Made by a program: the position numbers and the translations under genes. Positions 46,736 to 51,935 of a DNA stretch of 51,935 nucleotides are shown here, in pieces. Every line of letters begins with the position of its first letter. Position 1 is the first letter of the stretch. The stretch spans positions 1 to 51,935 of the IMG/VR virus record IMGVR_UViG_3300024344_000021; one strand, 5' to 3'. This DNA comes from a virus (Duplodnaviria > Caudoviricetes). The notes under the pieces were generated by a model, which saw only the letters and a program-made list of their open reading frames with translations, was not told the origin of the DNA and made no database searches.

Positions 46736-49700
46736 TTATCCCATTGCTTGTCCGGCAGTAAAGCCGTACCAAATTGTACCACCATCATTAGTTAAAAATA
46801 CAAATACGTCAACTCCTGCATTTGATGAAGTTAATGTAGGTGCAGTTGCAGCCGGCCAATCAACTGTGTTGGGCCAAGTAATCGTTCTAGCTGAAGAATC
46901 TTGAACTATTTTTAATGTCCATATACACGCTTCAGTAGGAGGATTACTAAATGTAAAAGTAGTATTTTCAGTAAGAGTGTGTAAAAAATTTGTACCATCT
47001 CTTAAATTTACAGTAGTTGCATTAGAGGAAGAGGTTACAGTTACAGCTTCTTCATGTATACCACCTGTAAATCTTACAACATTATTAGCATCTGCTGATA
47101 CAACCTTAGAAGCTGCTGTGCTTCCTAGTGTTGCTAAATCTAAATAGTTTAGCTCTGCTGTAGTTGCTGTAACCCCATCAAGGATATTAAGTTCAGCAGC
47201 AGTTGATGTTACCCCATCTAATATATTAAGTTCTGCTGTAGTACTTGTAACACCATCAAGGATATTAAGTTCAGTAGCAGTACTTGTAACACCATCAAGA
47301 ATGTTAAGTTCAGCAGCAGTACTAGTTACATTAGTTCCTCCAATGTCTAAAGTAGTTACAGAAATTTCTCCTGCTACAGTAGCTATACCATCAGCTAATG
47401 TTATTAAATCAGTATCATCTGTGTGTCCTATAGTTGTACCATTAACAATAACATTATCAACTGTTAAAGTTGTTAAAGTTCCTAAACTAGTAATATTAGA
47501 TTGTGCTGCTCCTGTAACTGTAGCTGCTGTGCCTGATACATTACCTGTAACATCTCCTGTTAATGGCCCTGCAAAAGCATCTGCTGTGACTGTTCCATCA
47601 AAAAAAGCATCTTTAAATTCATTATCAGATTTACCAAGATCAATAATATTATCAGAACCGGGATACAATGCACCGTCTTCTAAAATTAATTGTTTTTCAT
47701 TTCCTGCATAAAAGTTAATTTTATCAGCATCTTCAAAATCTATTTTTGTTTGATCGTCTTCACCAATCTTTATATCAGTTGCAAGTAATGAAGTGATTCC
47801 TGTTTGTGCTGCGTCTACTGTAAAAGTTAAATCATACGGATCACCATCTGTACCATTATCCGTATCTGTCCAGTTTGTAGTTATTCCTGAACCAATAAAT
47901 TTTACTTCTTTAGCATTAGAAACAGTAACTTCTGTACCATCATCATCTTCAAGAACAAACTCTGTACTGTCAACCTGAGAGTCTACATAAGCTTTAATAG
48001 ATTGTTGTGTGGCTAATTTAGTTGCTGAATCAGAAGCCATGTTATCTTCATCAAGAACTGCTGAACCACTTACTCCAGTATTTAAAACAGGACTTGTTAG
48101 TGTTTTATTTGTAAGAGTATCAGTAGTTGCTTTACCTACTAAAGTGTCTGTAGATGGAGGTAGAGTTAGTGTTACGTTACCACTATAATCACTATGCGCT
48201 GCTGATTGTAGTTGTGTATAGTGAGCATTAGAAGATTCACAATAAAACTTAACATTAGATACTGAACCTGCATTTTTTAATACAATTTCTCCAGATTGAA
48301 TATCTACATTACCATCTAATCTAACTACACCTGTTCCATTTGGAGTTAAAGCAATATTACCATTTGATGTAGAAGTTAAAGCATTTCCATTAACATCTAA
48401 GTCACCACCTAGTTGTGGTGTAGAATCATCTGCTACATTTGAAATAGCTCCTGATGAAGCTAGTCCTGAAACCAATGTGCTTCTTGCAATTTTCTTTAAT
48501 CCACCACCAGAAGTATCTACTGCAAGTAATACATCATCATTAGCTACTGTAGATATTTCTGACAAATCTCCTACTGCTGTAGGATTAAAATTAGTACCGT
48601 CTGCTATTAGTAAATGTCCAGATGTATTAGTACCCATCGTAAGATCATCACCACTAATAGTAAGATCACCAGAAAGAGTAAGATTTCTTATACCTGTATA
48701 ATCTTTATTAGAATCTAATACAACTGCTTTAGAAGCTACGGCTGTTCCTACTGCGGTGCTGCCTAAGTCTAAATAATTTAATTCTCCTACAACTGCGGTA
48801 ACACCATCTAAAGTGTTAAGCTCTGCTGCTGTACTCGTTACTCCATCAAGAATATTAAGTTCTGCTGCGGTGCTTGTAACACCATCAAGTATATTAAGTT
48901 CTGCTGTGGTAGCTGTTACACCATCAAGAAGATTTAATTCTGCTGTAGTACTAGTTACACCATCTAAAATGTTTAGCTCGGCTGTGCTTGAAGTAACCCC
49001 ATCAAGTATATTTAATTCTGCTGCCGTTGAAGTAACTCCATCCATAATGTTAAGTTCTGCTGTAGTTGCAGTAACTCCATCCATTATGTTAAGTTCTGAA
49101 GCTGTAGCAGTTACTCCATCTAATATATTTATTTCTGCTGCTGTTGCACTAATAGCTGTGCCATTAAAATTTATAGCATCTAAATACGCTGTACCATCAA
49201 TATATAAATCACGCCATTCTTGACTAGAAGAACCTAAATCATAAGCACTATCTGTATTAGGAATAATATTACTGTTTACATCTGCACCAAATACAACATT
49301 GTCATCTGCTGCATCTCCTAAAGTAAGAGTACCTCCATTAAAAGTTGTAGTGCCTGTTACCGTAAGATTCCCACCAACAGATACATTACCTGTAGTTGTA
49401 ATACTATCTATATAAGCATCTTTAAAATATTTACTTGATGTTCCTAAATCTAAGTCACTATCAGCATTGGGTACTAACGCTCCATCTTGTAATACCATTT
49501 GTTTTGCAGCAGCACTAGAAACTTCTACATAGAACTCCCAAGTATTACTAGTAGTAAGAATTTTATTTAAAAAATCTTGATCACCAATAGTATGTATATT
49601 GCCGCCTTCCCCGGCAGTACCATCGTGTTGATGACCTGTAGTACTACTAGAAGCATATGAAAAAGCAGTTAGTAGTCTATTAAATTCATCATTAAATAAA

Positions 49701-49759
49701 GCGGCAGTTATAGTATCTCCATCTGCCATTGAGCTTTGTCTTACATAACTTGTACCCAT
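46736..49759 (-). CDS. Long tail fibre protein
   Basis: 1007 aa; N-terminal 'GHQHDGTAGEG', 'TPQLGGDLD', 'ATQQSIKAYVD'; TAAELNILDGVT repeats. Confidence 0.85.
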   Translation of the reverse strand: MGTSYVRQSSMADGDTITAALFNDEFNRLLTAFSYASSSTTGHQHDGTAGEGGNIHTIGDQDFLNKILTTSNTWEFYVEVSSAAAKQMVLQDGALVPNADSDLDLGTSSKYFKDAYIDSITTTGNVSVGGNLTVTGTTTFNGGTLTLGDAADDNVVFGADVNSNIIPNTDSAYDLGSSSQEWRDLYIDGTAYLDAINFNGTAISATAAEINILDGVTATASELNIMDGVTATTAELNIMDGVTSTAAELNILDGVTSSTAELNILDGVTSTTAELNLLDGVTATTAELNILDGVTSTAAELNILDGVTSTAAELNTLDGVTAVVGELNYLDLGSTAVGTAVASKAVVLDSNKDYTGIRNLTLSGDLTISGDDLTMGTNTSGHLLIADGTNFNPTAVGDLSEISTVANDDVLLAVDTSGGGLKKIARSTLVSGLASSGAISNVADDSTPQLGGDLDVNGNALTSTSNGNIALTPNGTGVVRLDGNVDIQSGEIVLKNAGSVSNVKFYCESSNAHYTQLQSAAHSDYSGNVTLTLPPSTDTLVGKATTDTLTNKTLTSPVLNTGVSGSAVLDEDNMASDSATKLATQQSIKAYVDSQVDSTEFVLEDDDGTEVTVSNAKEVKFIGSGITTNWTDTDNGTDGDPYDLTFTVDAAQTGITSLLATDIKIGEDDQTKIDFEDADKINFYAGNEKQLILEDGALYPGSDNIIDLGKSDNEFKDAFFDGTVTADAFAGPLTGDVTGNVSGTAATVTGAAQSNITSLGTLTTLTVDNVIVNGTTIGHTDDTDLITLADGIATVAGEISVTTLDIGGTNVTSTAAELNILDGVTSTATELNILDGVTSTTAELNILDGVTSTAAELNILDGVTATTAELNYLDLATLGSTAASKVVSADANNVVRFTGGIHEEAVTVTSSSNATTVNLRDGTNFLHTLTENTTFTFSNPPTEACIWTLKIVQDSSARTITWPNTVDWPAATAPTLTSSNAGVDVFVFLTNDGGTIWYGFTAGQAMG
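47150..47330 (-). repeat. 39-bp/13-aa tandem repeat block 2 (STAAELNILDGVT)
   Basis: About 5 units in the tail fibre gene. Confidence 0.85.
48775..49150 (-). repeat. 39-bp/13-aa tandem repeat block 1 (TAAELNILDGVT)
   Basis: About 9-10 degenerate units. Confidence 0.85.
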
Positions 49760-49761
49760 TA

Positions 49762-51369
49762 TTATCTCCTACCGGAAGGTCTATAGTCTACATAGAAACC
49801 ATTTATTGAATAAGGTGCATTAGTATCCTGACTAAATATTTTAAAGGCTATATTATGTCCACTTCCTTGTACTGCCTGTCTTGCCATAGGATCACTTGAA
49901 GCTCCAAATACTGCTGTATTAAAAGTTGAATCTCCAAAAACTGCCGGAGTTGGTATTGAATCTAAAGTATAGTTTAGAGGCTGTGGTCTATTAGTATCAT
50001 CAAAATCATATGTTATCTTTAATGTAGGCTGTACTGTTCCTTCAGGTGTAAAAGATATTTTTGTATAATGTAGTGTTTTTAATGTTCCTGCATCTCCAAA
50101 ATCTAAATTAGGTGTCTTATATCTTGCATCTATATTTGTTTCTGTTCCTGCTGGATTAAAAGAATTACCTGTATTATGGTTATAAACATAGCCATCTTTA
50201 TCACCATGATAAATTTGTTCTACACTATCATTATCAAAACCTGATGTAAAACCATGAGCTTGTATTCCTATTGTTTCAGACCACTCAAAACCTTGTGGTG
50301 TTATTGTTCCTATGATTCCTTTTGCTGTAGTAGTAGAGGCTGAACTTGCACTATAAAATAATCTATATTGAGACTTACTTCTTAATACTGCACTAGATAT
50401 AACTAAAGAACCTATGTTAGAAGCTAAAGAAGCTACAATAGATTGTATTTGTCTTGATACTGAACTTAACTCTACGTCACCAATACGAGCCGTACCTGCA
50501 ACTAAACGAAATCCATCAGGACTTAAAAATATAAGATCGCCACCAATTTCTTGAATACTATTACCGTCTAAACAACCTACGTTTTTAGTTATAGGTGTAA
50601 TAGCTATAGAATTTGAATCATTTATATTTACTAATTTATAAATACTGTTTTTACAAAATATAATTAAATCGCCACGGAAACTTTTTAGTCCTACTACTTG
50701 ATCATCTAATGCAATACTTCCAGAACCCGTTGAAGTAAAATCATTTATATCACTTGTGCCACTATAGAATATAGTATTAGGTGCTGTAGCTGCTCCTGCA
50801 ACTACTAAGTGTTTATCATGTATAGTACAAAACTTTGGATAGTGTGTACCGCTTACTGTAATTTCTTCATAAAAATAAGTTCTATCTGACAAGTTACCTG
50901 TGCCTGTCATTTTAAATAAAGCAGGTTTTACACCAGAACCTATATCAGTTATTACTACTTCACCATAAGTAGTATTTCCTTCAAATAATGTAAAGTTTGC
51001 ATACGATTGACTTGTTCTAGCTGCTGTGCTTCTTCCTGTAAATGTAGAGTAATTATCTCCTGACCCACTTACACTAGAACGATTTATTTGTAGCCAACTT
51101 GTACCATCTAAACTAAAATAAAGATTAGTACCTGATGCTGCAATAACACCATCGGCATAAACAAAAAGTCCTAATATTGCATTAGAACTATTAGGTCTTG
51201 CTGCACTACTACCACCATAAAGTGTATAACCATTTATTCTTCTGTAACCGCCATCAGGATCAACTTCAAAGTTTTGTAGCTCTGTAGCAAATCCCGGTTG
51301 CTGTAACATTTGAAACTGGTTAAGATTAGTGTTTAGACCGCCTTGACATGATAAACCAAATGCTTGCAT
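49762..51369 (-). CDS. Tail tubular protein B / nozzle (beta-propeller)
   Basis: 535 aa; 'GGLNTN', 'NFEVD..GGYRRING', 'VGC....SIQE.GGDLIFL.PDG.R'. Confidence 0.75.
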   Translation of the reverse strand: MQAFGLSCQGGLNTNLNQFQMLQQPGFATELQNFEVDPDGGYRRINGYTLYGGSSAARPNSSNAILGLFVYADGVIAASGTNLYFSLDGTSWLQINRSSVSGSGDNYSTFTGRSTAARTSQSYANFTLFEGNTTYGEVVITDIGSGVKPALFKMTGTGNLSDRTYFYEEITVSGTHYPKFCTIHDKHLVVAGAATAPNTIFYSGTSDINDFTSTGSGSIALDDQVVGLKSFRGDLIIFCKNSIYKLVNINDSNSIAITPITKNVGCLDGNSIQEIGGDLIFLSPDGFRLVAGTARIGDVELSSVSRQIQSIVASLASNIGSLVISSAVLRSKSQYRLFYSASSASTTTAKGIIGTITPQGFEWSETIGIQAHGFTSGFDNDSVEQIYHGDKDGYVYNHNTGNSFNPAGTETNIDARYKTPNLDFGDAGTLKTLHYTKISFTPEGTVQPTLKITYDFDDTNRPQPLNYTLDSIPTPAVFGDSTFNTAVFGASSDPMARQAVQGSGHNIAFKIFSQDTNAPYSINGFYVDYRPSGRR

Positions 51370-51935
51370 AGTTAATCAAACCTAACTCTGTCATCAGAAA
51401 TAAATGTTGGCACAGTCCCTATTAAGTTTTCCCTCATGCTTTTTAATCCTTTTCTATAATCTTCTAAGGCAAAAGCAGCCATTTGAGGGTTATCTTTAAA
51501 TTGATGTGTATAATATCTAGCTTTAGCTAATATTACTGTTTTATATAAATCAGGAAAAACTATAGCATCGCTATGTGCAGATAGTTGTGTAGGGAGATCA
51601 AAAGCAAAAAACCAAACCTTATAAACTTTATCGGGTATAGGACTTAATCCAAACTTTCTAGAATCTGGACTTCTAATAACAATATTAGGTTCTCCTCCTA
51701 CTGCTTGATCAGCATCATCAGCATTTTCTCTAGCCCTTCTAAAGTCTTTCCATTTTTCTATAGTTACAAATCTTAAATTTTTAGAAACGTAAGGAGCTGA
51801 TTCACCACTTACACTTACTGTAGTTAAATAAAAGTTATCCCAATCTATAGAGCCATAGTCATTTATTATAGATGAACTAGCTGCTTTTAACTCATACCAT
51901 CTTGTACCTGCTACAGTATCTACTGATACATTACC
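51312..51935. repeat. Terminal overlap copy 2
   Basis: Matches 1-624; contains a variant allele of the 3' part of the adaptor gene. Confidence 0.95.

Noticed and set aside
47150-49150. CRISPR or DGR template/variable repeats
   Set aside because: In-frame 39-bp coding repeats; no reverse transcriptase; differences are not adenine-specific
47301-49223. Plus-strand ORFs opposite the tail fibre, and other antisense or nested track ORFs (e.g. 2050-2352, 31528-31884, 23976-24332)
   Set aside because: Shadow frames of long genes, without RBS or recognisable motifs
51312-51935. True direct terminal repeat or gene duplication
   Set aside because: Starts and ends mid-gene and differs at mostly synonymous sites; best explained as a circular assembly overlap
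1-51935. Alternative genetic code, introns or inteins
   Set aside because: Core genes are uninterrupted and of expected length in code 11; no suppressor tRNA or splicing motifs seen

Overview
Apparently complete, circularly permuted genome (~51.3 kb; bases 1-624 recur at 51312-51935 at ~97% identity) of an AT-rich lytic podovirus-type phage, probably aquatic/marine and infecting a Proteobacterium. It has a T7-like replication module (SSB, primase-helicase, Tyr762-type DNA polymerase A, endonuclease I, class Ia RNR) but no phage RNA polymerase or integrase; strong sigma70 promoters are used instead. Two gene arms diverge from a non-coding control region (~10.75-11.5 kb): a plus-strand early/replication arm (11.5-27.1 kb) and a minus-strand packaging/structural/lysis arm. 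Highlights not in the ORF track: (1) two tandem, covarying type-I hammerhead ribozymes punctuating the early operon and flanking two small ORFs; (2) a 23-aa PqqA (PQQ precursor peptide) gene just downstream of the major capsid gene; (3) tRNA-Cys followed by an unexplained structured RNA; (4) a symmetric RNA element upstream of the scaffold gene. Also notable: a secreted cytochrome c/PHM-type copper monooxygenase next to the endolysin, a recurrent [YFM]xxGG motif delimiting domains of virion proteins, and a gene overprinted on the portal C-terminus. Family assignments come from motif recognition only; no searches were run.
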